A stretch of DNA of 32,000 bases from Candidatus Saccharimonadota bacterium (GCA_016699935.1 CP064992.1:1-32000); one strand, 5' to 3'. Shown: positions 8,425 through 18,082, numbered from the stretch's first letter. Notes: a model not told the origin generated them from the letters alone. Translations and numbers: made by a program.

Positions 8425-8446
8425 TTCGCATGCTACACTAATATGC

Positions 8447-9258
8447 GTGATTCAAATCTTACAGGCGTTGCTGCTGGGTATTGTTGAAGGCATAACGGAG
8501 TTTTGCCTATTTCTAGTACGGGGCACTTGATCTTGACGCAAAAACTGATTGGGTTTAAAGATACGCACGAGCTCTTTTACGGTCGTTATACAGGTAGGGC
8601 AATCGCCGCGGTTGTGTGGTATTATCGTCACGATTTGTGGCAGAAAAGCTTGGGACTTTTGCGGCGAGAAGCTGCGGCGCTCAACTTTTGGAAAATACTG
8701 GCGCTCGGCACCTTACCTGCTGGCGTCATCGGGCTGGCATTCGACAAAGTGTCATCGGCAATATCGGTGCCGGTGGTGATTGCTCTGGCACTTATCATCG
8801 GCGGCGTCATTTTGTGGCTGGTCGATAACAAACCGGTTCATAGCAAAGACGATCCAGTGACATTAGATTCCATCACCACAAAACAGGCTTTGCTCATCGG
8901 CCTTGGGCAATGTGTCGCCATGATACCTGGCGTGTCGCGCAGCGGTGCAACCATCGTGAGTGGACTGGCTGTCAAGCTGAACCGCCCAACTGCAACCGCA
9001 TTTTCGTTTTACCTGAGCATACCCGTGCTTGTTCTCGCTAGTGCCTACAAGCTGGCAAAATACTCAAGCGACGTGCCGACCATATCGGGAGGCTGGGTCG
9101 GAATCATTATCGGTTTAGTGGCAGCCTTCTTCACTGCGCTACTGGCGGTTAGCTGGCTCATCCGCTACATCGCTCACCACAACTTCAAACCGTTTGCCGT
9201 TTACCGAATAGCCCTTGGAGCTATACTGCTGCTAGCCCTCTCGGTTGGCTGGATATAA
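8447..9258 (+). pseudogene. uppP: Undecaprenyl-diphosphate phosphatase (BacA/UppP), three frameshifts in the first 160 nt
   Basis: The reconstruction from GTG 8447 is [30 protein letters not shown]...FTVVIQVG-AIAAVVWYY..., then the intact ORF 8503-9258 (GVSRSGATIVSGL). The shifts are at T and G runs near 8497, 8572 and 8595. Confidence 0.85.
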
Positions 9259-9307
9259 GCCGCGAAGTTACACTCCTCTCTGTCAATGACCCATCCCAGA
9301 TGAAATA

Positions 9308-10204
9308 TCAACCAACAGTATAGGTTTTCAGTTGTTCGCGCATGGCAAGAGCAAGGCCAACCAGCCGCGGTGGCAGTTTGCGGCCTTTCAGAGTCACGAC
9401 ATGCAGACGGCGCCGAACAGCATATGGTTTTCCCTGTACGTTTACACGAACCAGCACACCACTTTCTAAGCCCCTTTTTACTAGTATTTCTGGCAAAATA
9501 GCTACGCCACGGCCTCTCGATGCCATAGCGAGCATACTATCTGGACTGGTAGAGTAAACTATAGGGTTAACTTTTATCCCAGATGGTCTCAAAGAACGCT
9601 CTATGACAGTAAATGTCATCGATTCTGGTACATACGAAAGGAAGGCAACAGGTATGCCCTGTACTATAGCTACTTCAAATTGTTCGACCTCCGACGGCGA
9701 ACAAACCATAAAAAGATTATCTGAAGCGACAGCAGCTACTTCTAGCTTGTCATCCTGGGCGTCATCTGCCACGATTATCGCAACATCTAGTTCACTCCGT
9801 CGGACTGCTTGCCGAAGAGCCGTCGAATTTTCGACATACAAACTCAACTGGGCCCGAGATTCAAGCGTTTTTAGGGGCTCATCGGTCGTCGTAAGCAAGG
9901 CTGCAACACTATCGATAAGCCCAATCCTCAGTGGCACTTTCTCGCCACCAATCGAAGTTAATTGGGACTGCAGATTATGTTCGATTCGCCGTTGCTCGAG
10001 TCCAGCATTGTACATGTACTCGCCAGCCGGCGTTAGCTGTACACCACTACGCCCAGTACTCTCAAACAGGACAACACCATACTTTTTCGCGAGCTTGCTC
10101 ATAGCCACACTTAGTGCTGGCTGAGATATGTGCAGCGTTTCGGCAGCACGCGTAAATGTACCGGCTTCGACAACTGCAACAAACTTTTTTAAACTATCAT
10201 CCAT
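9308..10204 (-). CDS. LysR family transcriptional regulator
   Basis: 298 aa with an N-terminal wHTH (FTRAAETLHISQPALSVAMSKLAKKYGVVLF) and a LysR substrate-binding domain. Divergent from the inositol-phosphate synthase gene. Confidence 0.9.
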   Translation of the reverse strand: MDDSLKKFVAVVEAGTFTRAAETLHISQPALSVAMSKLAKKYGVVLFESTGRSGVQLTPAGEYMYNAGLEQRRIEHNLQSQLTSIGGEKVPLRIGLIDSVAALLTTTDEPLKTLESRAQLSLYVENSTALRQAVRRSELDVAIIVADDAQDDKLEVAAVASDNLFMVCSPSEVEQFEVAIVQGIPVAFLSYVPESMTFTVIERSLRPSGIKVNPIVYSTSPDSMLAMASRGRGVAILPEILVKRGLESGVLVRVNVQGKPYAVRRRLHVVTLKGRKLPPRLVGLALAMREQLKTYTVG

Positions 10205-10219
10205 AAGTTTTTATTATAT

Positions 10220-10255
10220 CAAATGTAAATACTATGTATTGGATTTATACATTTG
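10220..10255. promoter_or_regulatory. Inverted repeat CAAATGTA-N20-TACATTTG in the LysR / ino1 divergent region (candidate LysR site)
   Basis: 8-bp arms at 10220-10227 and 10248-10255. A TATAAT box at 10213-10218 (minus strand) lies 8 nt before the LysR ATG. Confidence 0.3.
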
Positions 10256-10288
10256 TGAACCGTAAACTTGATAAAAGGAGTTATTTTT

Positions 10289-11419
10289 ATGGTCAAGAAA
10301 AGTTCTATCAAGGTTGCAGTGGTGGGTGTGGGAAACTGTTTTTCTTCGCTGTACCAAGGGTTTGAATATTACCGGGAGCACAAGGAAGATAACATACCGG
10401 GTATCATGTACGCTGATATCGGGGGCTACCGGACGAGTGACATAGATGTGGTTGCGGCTTTTGATGTCGACCCACGAAAAGTTGGCAAACCAGTTGGCAA
10501 GGCGATTTTTGCCAAGCCAAACTGCGCTAGAGTGTTTCAAGCAAAGGTTCCGGCTGGACCGGTGGTACAAATGGGCAATCCACTCGACGGCGTGTCTGAC
10601 TATATGAAAGAGCAGCCCGAAGAACTCGGCTTTCGCGTCGCCAAGCTCAAGACTGTTGATGTCGTAAAAGTGCTGAAAGATACCAAAGCCGACATACTTA
10701 TCAACTACCTTCCGGTAGGCTCACAGGAAGCAACTGAGTTTATGCCCAGTGCGCGATAGATGCTGGCATAGCGTTTCTAAACTGCATCCCAGTTTTCATC
10801 GCCAGCGACCCGAAGTGGGAGAAAAATTCATCGATGCTGGCCTACCAATTATCGGCGATGACATGCGCAGCCAAATTGGTGCCAGTGTCGTTAGCCAGGT
10901 CTTGCAAGAGCTTGCCTTTGACCGTGGTGCCGAAGTCGAGTTTCACCAGCAACTCAACATTGGTGGCAATACCGACTTCAACAACATGATGGTGCAGTCG
11001 CGCCTCGCTAGCAAAAAATTAGCAAAGAAAATGTCATCCGCGCCCAAACCGCCATCCGTGGTATAGCCGTGCCAGAGCACAGCCTATTTGCTGGTCCTAG
11101 CACTTACCTGCCCTACCTGAAGGATAACAAGGTTGCGTACTTCAATATCCGCCTCCGTGGCTTTGGTGGTGCACCGATAACGATGGACTTGAAACTCTCT
11201 GTCCAAGACAGCGAAAACAGTGCCGGTGTAGTGATAGACGCTATCCGCTACTTGAAAGTTGCCCGCGAGCTAGGTGTCGTTGGTGCCCTGCGTGGTCCAA
11301 GTGCCTGGACCCAAAAAACTCCGCCAGAACAAATGATGTACACCGACGCCAAACGCGAGTGCGAAGCCCTCGCCAAACGCCAACTGACTTCTAGCGTAAA
11401 GAAGCAAGTAAAGAAATAA
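10289..11419 (+). pseudogene. ino1: Inositol-3-phosphate (myo-inositol-1-phosphate) synthase, three 1-nt deletions
   Basis: SD AAAGGAG lies 8 nt before ATG 10289. The pieces join to KVAVVGVGNCFSSLYQG...[63 protein letters not shown]...-ISKENVIRAQTAIRGIAVPEHSLFAGPS...LSVQDSENSAG. The shifts are at a T run near 10740 and at the A runs 10822-10826 and 11013-11018. Confidence 0.85.
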
Positions 11420-11550
11420 AGAATTTTCAAAGTTTCAATTCACGAATTTACAGAAAATTTTCAAAGTTAAAGATTACAAACACCCAACACGCAGTCGGAG
11501 GCCGCTGGGAGTAAGCGTCATAAGGCAAGATAGAGATAAGAGATAAGAGC

Positions 11551-11833
11551 GCGGCCGTGAGGCCGCAAGTAAACCGTCGCGCGAGTGACATAGCTAAGAC
11601 GAGCATGCGGAGTCACCCGGCTACCATGTTGCCCAGGCTTTGCAACTTCCGTCAGGCGGCAAAACTTGTTTGAGTGAAAGGTAGGTTGCCAGTGGCAACC
11701 TACCTGGAGCGAGTTGTTTTGTCGGTTGCAAAACTGACAACCTGGTACCGATTGACGGAGCTCTGCTCTTGATCTTTGCCCAGCTTTGCATCAAGGCAAA
11801 GCTGGTCGGCTAACAGTCCGAGAACTGCCGAGT
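11551..11833 (+). repeat. Structured intergenic element, copy A (candidate ncRNA or non-autonomous element)
   Basis: About three-quarters identical to 21734-22041 by eye, and shares blocks with 20440-20757 and 31475-31682. Hairpins: GCGGCC-GTGA-GGCCGC, GGTAGGTTGCC/GGCAACCTACC, CAGCTTTGC/GCAAAGCTG, and terminal CAG-TCCGAGAA-CTG. No conserved ORF. Confidence 0.8.
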
Positions 11834-11893
11834 GAGTAAGGCTAAGTGAGACTGTCAGGTGTAGTGAGTGTACAGAAACTAGAGCAAGCGTAT

Positions 11894-11977
11894 GGATTCC
11901 CGCCGGAGTTTATCTCAACTCGGTTGGGGACGGGAATGACAAGCTCGAGGAAGGTTCTTCACTTCGTTCAGAATGAC
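11894..11977. mobile_element. MITE-like modules: GGATTCCCG-long loop-CGGGAATGAC hairpin plus GGTTCTTC..TTCGTTCAGAATGAC half element
   Basis: Same modules in the same order follow copies B and C (22092-22147, 20818-20878). Confidence 0.7.
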
Positions 11978-12042
11978 AAGATGGTAGTGAGTGGTGACGT
12001 ATGGATACTGAAATGAATACAGGATGGTGGAAAGTAGGGCTT

Positions 12043-12089
12043 CGATTCCCGCCGGGTTTATCCTCAACTCGGTTGGGGACGGGAACGAC
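12043..12089. mobile_element. Second copy of the long-loop CGATTCCCG...CGGGAACGAC hairpin
   Basis: Near-identical to 11894-11940, including the inner stem CCGG(A)GTT...AACTCGG. Confidence 0.7.
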
Positions 12090-12127
12090 AGACTAAAGAT
12101 GTGACTTCAATCGAGATGGCATAAGGC

Positions 12128-13201
12128 TTAGTCTTCGGTTTGCGGCTTGTCGAGGAGGAGCGGTTCGACGGTGGCTGTTGTGTCGGCAATCTTCACGACA
12201 TCTTTATCCATTCGTTGCAGTGATTTATGAGCGCCGTTGAAATGATTGACCGTTGTACTCAGTGAATTACCAAGCTTTTGCATAAAGCTATCGTGAGCCG
12301 CGATGTGCTTGCCCAACTCACCGACCCGCTTTTGGATGTCTTTAGCCTGCTCTTCTATTTGCAGCGACTTCAGCCCCTGCATGACAGTCTGCAGGTAAGC
12401 CAGCAGCGTCGTAGGGCTGACAATGATGACTTTTTATCTATAAAGGCGTACTCGATAAGATCGCGCGAATTCGTACCAGTCGCCCCAACATTATTGATAA
12501 GCAGATCATAGTAAATGGCTTCACTCGGGATAAACATAAAGGCGTAGTCCAGCGTGTTTTCACTAGGGGCGAATGTATTTGCTCGTCTCGTCGATACGAA
12601 GTTTGAGATCGGCTTTAAACGTTTTGGCGATGATATCGCGCTGCGTTTTATCCTTTTCCTCAATCAAACGGTTGTAGTTTTCCAGGCTAAATTTGCTATC
12701 GATTGGTAGCAAGCGGCCGCGATCTAGCTTTATGACGGCATCGACGATTTCACCGTCTTTGAACTTGTACTGCATTTCATAAATATGCGGCGGCAAAACA
12801 TTGCCAAGCACGGTGTCGAGATAATATTCTCCCAGACCACCACGCTGTTTCGGGTTTTGCAGCACATTTTGCAGCGTTTTCAGCTCATCAGCGACATCTA
12901 CCACCCGCTTATTGGACTCTTTTAGCTCAGTGAGATTACGAGTGATTTCAGTAATAATTTTATTGCTTTCACTCGACTGTTTTTGTAGAGCGCCGAACAT
13001 TGCTGACTGCGATTTATCTAGCCGGTCGCTTATTTGCGTCTGCACGCCGTCTTTAAGCTTCGTGATGTCCTCACTGAGCGCCCGCAAATCTTCTTTGAGC
13101 AGTAACGCGCTCTCATTTGATGGTTTTTTTAAGAGCACGTACATAAGCACTCCGCCTAACACAACGACAACTAATCCCAATACTCCGACTGCTATTTCCA
13201 T
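12128..13201 (-). pseudogene. rmuC: DNA recombination protein RmuC, two frameshifts
   Basis: N-terminal TM plus coiled coil (12563-13201), then ENTLDYAFMFIPSEAIYYDLL and VIIVSPTTLLAYLQTVMQGLKSLQIEEQAKDI in other frames. The shifts are at a C run near 12568 and at the T run 12431-12435 (A run on the coding strand). Confidence 0.85.
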
Positions 13202-13218
13202 AGTGCTAGTGTAGCAGA

Positions 13219-14094
13219 TTAATCGTGGTTTTCGTGGTCATTGTCAGCATGATCGCCAACAGTACTATGCTGAGCATGCTCGCTTGCCGTCTCTTCATGA
13301 ACGTGGCCAGCGTCAATATACTTATGCGCTATCTGAACCGCAAACAGCACAGTAACGATGCCGCCTATCAGTAGTAGTGGCTGCCAGTCAACAAATTTAC
13401 CGCCTTTATCGTGTTTGTGCAGTTCTGGGATTATGTCGCTCATTGCAATGTAAAGCAGAAAACCTGCACTCAGACCGATGAGTATGCCCATGGGCAACTT
13501 TTCTGTGCTACCGATAGCAAACGTCAGCACCGCCATAACTGTCGTTGCGAGAGCGCTAAGCGCGTTCACTAGAAGTGCTCGTCCACGTGACAACCCTTTG
13601 TGAAGCATCAGTCCAAAGTCCCCAATCTCTTGAGGAATCTCGTGTGCCGCGACTGCAATAGTCGTCACAATACCGGTTGGCACACTTATGAGAAAAGAAG
13701 CGGCGATCGCTACACCGTCAAGTGCATTATGTACAGTATCACCCGCTATGATGAGTGGCAGTGAACTATCGTGATGCTTGGATACGTGCTTACCTTCATC
13801 TTCTCGGTGGTGATGGTGAAACCAGTGTATGAATCGTTCCATAAGGTAAAACAGTACAATTCCAACGACGGTCGAGACCATGAGTGTTCGCACTGGTGAT
13901 TCTTCAACCCCTTCCGAAAGAAGATCGAAAAAAACTGCCCCTATGAGTGCTCCTGCCGCAAATGGTGTCGCATACTTGGCTAAGGCTAGCGCAGTGCGCT
14001 CCCGGCTTACCAGCAAGGCGCCCACGAGCAGCGAAAACAGCCCTCCAATAAGTGAGAAAAATATAATGTGTCCATAATTTGCCATAATTTGCAT
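13219..14094 (-). CDS. ZIP family divalent-metal (zinc) transporter with His-rich loop and tail
   Basis: 291-aa intact ORF with HEIPQEIGDFGLML, HNALDGVAIAASF, loop HWFHHHHREDEGKH and tail HAQHSTVGDHADNDHENHD. ATG 14085, which has an AAGGA 8 nt upstream, is an alternative start. Confidence 0.85.
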   Translation of the reverse strand: MQIMANYGHIIFFSLIGGLFSLLVGALLVSRERTALALAKYATPFAAGALIGAVFFDLLSEGVEESPVRTLMVSTVVGIVLFYLMERFIHWFHHHHREDEGKHVSKHHDSSLPLIIAGDTVHNALDGVAIAASFLISVPTGIVTTIAVAAHEIPQEIGDFGLMLHKGLSRGRALLVNALSALATTVMAVLTFAIGSTEKLPMGILIGLSAGFLLYIAMSDIIPELHKHDKGGKFVDWQPLLLIGGIVTVLFAVQIAHKYIDAGHVHEETASEHAQHSTVGDHADNDHENHD

Positions 14095-14157
14095 CCTTTA
14101 CTTCTTAACCTTAGTGTAATTTTTGCGTGATAATACTGCAAATCTGTCGCAAATCCT

Positions 14158-14604
14158 CTATTTCTTGCGACATCTGCGACCCGCCATGCAGTCTTTACAG
14201 CTTTTTACATCATGCGTTTCATGCTTGTCGTGATCATGCCCGTCGTCTTTGATGTGGTCACTTTCTCCAAGTAACAACTGCCCTACTTCATTTGCAAGAC
14301 CTTGCATGTGGTTATGGTTACAGGCCATCGCCCCAAGCGTCATGGCCATCTGTATAGCCTGCTCGACATAGCCACGCGATTGTACTTCGCCCACGAGTGA
14401 TTTGATAGCGGTAAAGGCCTCCTCGTCAGAGGGCCCTTCGGCTACACGAGCCGCTAGTTCGTCAAAAGTAGCATCAAACATATCGACAATTTCATCATCA
14501 CTGAAGCTTAGTGTGTCCGAAAAAAACTTCTCCCAGTCATTCTGTAAACCAAGACCTACTAATTCCACGGGCAGATCGGCTTCTTGTAACGTTTCGGCCT
14601 GCAT
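14158..14604 (-). CDS. Hypothetical acidic protein with a His/Cys-rich C-terminus (possible metal-binding)
   Basis: 148 aa. C-terminus MACNHNHMQG...DHIKDDGHDHDKHETHDVKSCKDCMAGRRC. Tightly packed between the unknown gene and the ZIP transporter. Confidence 0.5.
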   Translation of the reverse strand: MQAETLQEADLPVELVGLGLQNDWEKFFSDTLSFSDDEIVDMFDATFDELAARVAEGPSDEEAFTAIKSLVGEVQSRGYVEQAIQMAMTLGAMACNHNHMQGLANEVGQLLLGESDHIKDDGHDHDKHETHDVKSCKDCMAGRRCRKK

Positions 14605-14607
14605 AAA

Positions 14608-15427
14608 CTATCTGCTCATTTCTGCAAATGCACGTCCCAGATCGACACTTCCAGCATCGGGGTTTGACATTGTCGCAGCCAAGGTCAATGCTACATTTCC
14701 AGCCTCACCACTCAGACCACTGCCAAACATGTCCCCCGTAGGCGGTTGATAATGGCTCGCAACCTCAAGCCCTACGCGATTTAGCGCAAGTACTCCTGCG
14801 CGCACCCGAACTGTCTGTTGACCAATATGTATGTCTTGTAAGCCTTGGCGTGTAACTTCTGTACCAAAACTCCGCGTATTGAATTTGTGTACTACGCTGT
14901 GTACATCCCAACGGCTTGCAAGTGCCGAAGCGGCGATTACCGCATGTCCACCAAACCCAGCAAGCTTATTTCCGTTCGGATGATCAAGTACATTTGCGCG
15001 GTTATTCAGATACACCGTCGAGAGCAGTGATTGCGCCAAAGACGAGACAGTTTCGTGCCCCGCAAGAACTCCAACTCTCATGCTATCTTCAAGGACTATT
15101 CCGGGAATTCTCGCTGGCCTCTGCCCCTGACGCGGCACAAGTACAATTGCCATGAGCCCCGCGAAACCGGGTAGCGATGGTACCGGTGGAACAAAATACT
15201 ACTACCGCTAACTGTAGTGTAGCGATTGGTAATCGCCCACTCTTGAAACTTCTGAAATGATGGCTTGGGTACCTCTGCTTGAACGAGTCCTCCAAATGGC
15301 ATGGCGGCCTCCACAAAAAAATACTGTGGGCTTCCTGTAGGTGATCGGGTGAAATAGATGTCATGCTTAGTAGTACATCATAGGCGTAATGTTTTTGCAA
15401 TTTTGTCGCATTCTGATTGTTCAACAT
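14608..15427 (-). pseudogene. Hypothetical protein (~270 aa after repairing two frameshifts), first gene of the Zur-side operon
   Basis: Three minus-strand frames join to MLNNQNATKLQKHYAYDVLL..HDIYFTRSPTGSPQYFFVEAAMPFGGLVQAEVPKP...SSILF-PPVPSLPGFAGLMAIVLVPRQGQRP...(14608-15153). No family recognised. Confidence 0.4.
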
Positions 15428-15432
15428 TTCTT

Positions 15433-15462
15433 TTGCGACTTTATTGCATTTTATGTTATACT
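15433..15462 (+). promoter_or_regulatory. Putative promoter of the Fur-family gene (TGTTATACT extended -10, 7 nt before GTG) with nearby TGCAAT/TGCGAC repeats
   Basis: TATACT at 15457-15462, preceded by TG-n. The related 15-mers TGCAATTTTGTCGCA (15394-15408) and TGCGACTTTATTGCA (15434-15448) lie in inverted orientation in the divergent region and are candidate operators. Confidence 0.35.
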
Positions 15463-15469
15463 TGCGACT

Positions 15470-15891
15470 GTGACTAGCCAATCTATATTTGAAAAGGCGC
15501 TAAAAGATAACCACTTAAGTCTCAAAACCACGCCAAGCAGTTTTTGACGCCCTACAGCACCACAAAAGCCTCACCATGGCAGAGCTGGTTGCCGCTTGTC
15601 CAGAGGTGGACAGAGCAAGCGTTTACCGCACCAGCGAGCTGTTTGAAAAACTTGGCATTATTGTACGCATACCGACTGGCTGGAAATATCGGCTCGAACT
15701 AGGCGAGGCTTTTCACGAACATCACCACCACGCCACCTGTGCAAACTGCGGTGCCTCCATAGCTCTGCCGGAAGACCCAGCGCTAGAGAAAGCGACTCCA
15801 TGAACTCGCCGCCCGCCGCAACTTTACTCTCCCTTCTCACCAGATAGAACTCACCGGCACCTGCGAATCTTGCCAAGCTGCAAAAAGCTAG
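15470..15891 (+). pseudogene. Fur family metalloregulator (Zur-like by context), two frameshifts
   Basis: The reconstruction is SIFEKALKDNHLSLKTT-RQAVFDALQHHKSLTMAELVAACPEVDRASVYRTSELFEKLGII...HEHHHHATCANCG...-IHELAARRNFTLPSHQIELTGTCESCQ. Divergent from the ZIP operon. Confidence 0.7.
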
Positions 15892-15912
15892 GTCACTCAC
15901 CTACACACATAA

Positions 15913-16342
15913 CTACGTTTTCGAAAGCCAGGTTTTTAGAGCTTCAAGGTCTGTAAACATTTCGTCGAATATACCATGCAGAGGTCTCCGTTTTTCAGGT
16001 TTTCCAACAGCATAGCAAAACTCAGCCTAGACCGTAAGACACGCCAGCTTCCATGTGCGCTGCAAGCCCAGCTGGAAAACGAGCAACGATACTGCGAACT
16101 TTTCTGTGCTGTCATATCTTTTCAAATACACTGCGCAAAAATGGGTCGTCTAATGCCATAACCTCAGTGGCTAGCATTTCTTTCTTCTATACTAAGATCT
16201 TGTCTAAACTCAACTATCTCACCTTCGTGTGTGTTCTCAATAAAACAATACGCTGTATTGCCTGCGGCGCGCACGGCATCAAGTACTTCTTTGATAGCAG
16301 CATGGTTTCGCCACCGCCCCGCGATAAAAAATCGTATTTCAT
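15913..16342 (-). pseudogene. Degraded small gene, possibly nucleoside 2-deoxyribosyltransferase-like
   Basis: Minus-strand fragments in three frames: MKYDFFIAGRWRNHAAIKEVLDAVRAAGNTAYCFIENTHEGE..., ..PAGLAAHMEAGVSYGLG.., ..VGKPEKRRPLHGIFDEMFTDLEALKTWL. The family call is weak. Confidence 0.3.
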
Positions 16343-16376
16343 ATTTCTGCTTATTATATGATTATCAAAGCATTTT

Positions 16377-16403
16377 AAAAAGGCCGGTACTTTCGGCCTT
16401 TTT
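16377..16403. terminator. Bidirectional terminator-like hairpin (AAAA-AGGCCG-loop-CGGCCT-TTTT)
   Basis: 6-bp GC stem at 16381-86 / 16394-99 flanked by A and T runs. It lies between two divergent genes, so the transcript it would terminate is unclear. Confidence 0.35.
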
Positions 16404-16523
16404 CGTGGAAAATCAATTTCCATGAGTTACTATAGAGAAACGAAACGAAAAGTATGTGATAAAAAGTACTGACAGATGAAAGGCACATTTTACATCGTTT
16501 GTATTCCGCGTTATGCTGAATAG

Positions 16524-17312
16524 ATGTTTGATTACCTTATACACGGTGTGCTCGGCAGACCTTATCGGTTGCACGTTAGGCACAGTGGCGACAAAAAGTA
16601 AACCAACAGTTATCTTGCTGCATGGTATCGCGGCCAGTGGTGACGACTGGCGAAAAGTACTCCCCATCTTGAGCCTAATTATCACTGCATAACCATTGAC
16701 CTGCTCGGTTTTGGTCGCTCACCCAAACCAGAATGGTCAAACTACACCATGGACGAACACATGCGCTCTTTGTACCACACTATGAATAAACTTCACCTGA
16801 GAGAGCAGTTTATACTGATTGGACATTCACTTGGTTCGCTTCTGGCAGCACGGTACGCCACCGAGCATGAAGTGAACCTCAACAGGCTACTGCTCTTAAG
16901 CCCACCCGTTTATCCACCACTGTCGCAAATAAAGAACACTGCAGCACGAAAGCTGACCGGCATGCTCCTCAACACATACAAATTCCTTAGGGATGATCCG
17001 CGCATAAATCCCGAATCGTTTCGGAAGCTTATGTACCTAGCCCCGCTCCCCCGCAGCGTTGTCAAGCAGCCAGAAACAGGGGTGCCTGTTATGCGTACCC
17101 TGAAAGAATGCGTAGAAAAGCAAACCATTCTGACTGATGTAAAGCGGCTCACGCTCCCCATAGATATCTGTTACGGTAGCCTAGACCAAGTGGTTGTAGG
17201 TAGCAACGTGGAGCTCCTAGCCCGCAACAAAAATGTCCGCCTCCACACTTTCCTAAACACTCACGACCTCACCACCCGCTACGGCAAACTCGTCGCGAAA
17301 ATTCTGAAATAA
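16524..17312 (+). pseudogene. Alpha/beta hydrolase fold protein, two frameshifts near the N-terminus
   Basis: KPTVILLHGIAASGDDWRKVLPIL (shifted frame), then NYHCITIDLLGFGRSPKP and the nucleophile elbow LIGHSLGS in ORF 16749-17312. The first shift is at an A run near 16593. Confidence 0.75.
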
Positions 17313-17457
17313 TATACTACTTATCAAACCGAATCTCGAACTCAGCTGTCCCTGGATCAAAGTCTGGGATGATATCAACTAGCCGGAACATTACAGTTCA
17401 TTTGCTGTTTTGGGTAATATACCACACTGTCGATTTTACATATACGCAAGATTCATT

Positions 17458-18082
17458 CTAGTCCACGGCGCGGCGTATTTCCTCGGCTATGGCAGCGTTT
17501 ATGACAGCGAGCAACAGAAGATTAAACACAAAACCAGGCAGTGCACCGAATTCTACGCGGCTGAATTCGAAAAATTGTGTGAGTAACAGGTTTATGAGCG
17601 TCGCGTCGGAACCATTCAAAGGCACGTAAGCGTGAGCGACTGAACCAGAAAAGACCCATTGCTGTGCAGATTGCTGAAACGACTGTGGTTGCAAACTGAC
17701 CCATTACGAGGCTGTGCCCATAATCAGCCTGCCCTGCAAAAAATCTCGAACATCGTCAATGTTTGTGTAAACAGCCCATAGTACAGCGCTGACAAACACC
17801 AACGTTTGCAATATAAAAACAACCGCACTAGCGCGGAAGAACCCCGGCGATTCCACAGACGTGTATACATGGCGCCAAAACGCTCTCGCAATCGTCTGTA
17901 TGGCCCTTTTGGCCGCGATGGGGCCACCGGTAGTTTTTTTCACAACTTTCAAGTTCCTTTGTAAGATGAGATTGCTGGCTGGCACGACTAAGCAGCTGCA
18001 GCGTCACGGCACGCTCATGCACGTCCATATCTTGATGTACGGCCTCTTCAAGCTGCCGCAGTGCATTGTTGGTACTCTTCAC
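17458..18082 (-). pseudogene. Hypothetical membrane protein broken into three ORFs
   Basis: ORFs 17828-18082, 17704-17985 and 17458-17694 are collinear on the minus strand, with TM segments ASAVVFILQTLVFVSAVLWAVY and LPGFVFNLLLLAVINAAIA. No family recognised. Confidence 0.35.

Noticed and set aside
11551-11833. Element A as tmRNA, RNase P RNA, SRP RNA or a cobalamin riboswitch
   Set aside because: It has no GGAAAGTCC-type P4 sequence, no tRNA-like acceptor/T-arm terminus ending in CCA, no SRP GGAA/AGCA domain, and TGCCAGTGGCAACC does not fit the B12 box. Its presence in four divergent copies also argues against a single-copy housekeeping RNA.
12033-12062. T-loop-like GGCTTCGATTCCCGCC suggesting a tRNA or tmRNA 3' domain
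   Set aside because: Flanking bases do not form a T stem, acceptor stem or anticodon arm. The segment is the 5' arm of the repeated CGATTCCCG...CGGGAACGAC hairpin.
15089-15481. 130-aa minus-strand ORF starting at 15481
   Set aside because: Only its first part (from Met 15427) is coherent with the neighbouring frames of the reconstructed unknown gene. The extension to 15481 would overlap the Fur-family start and promoter.
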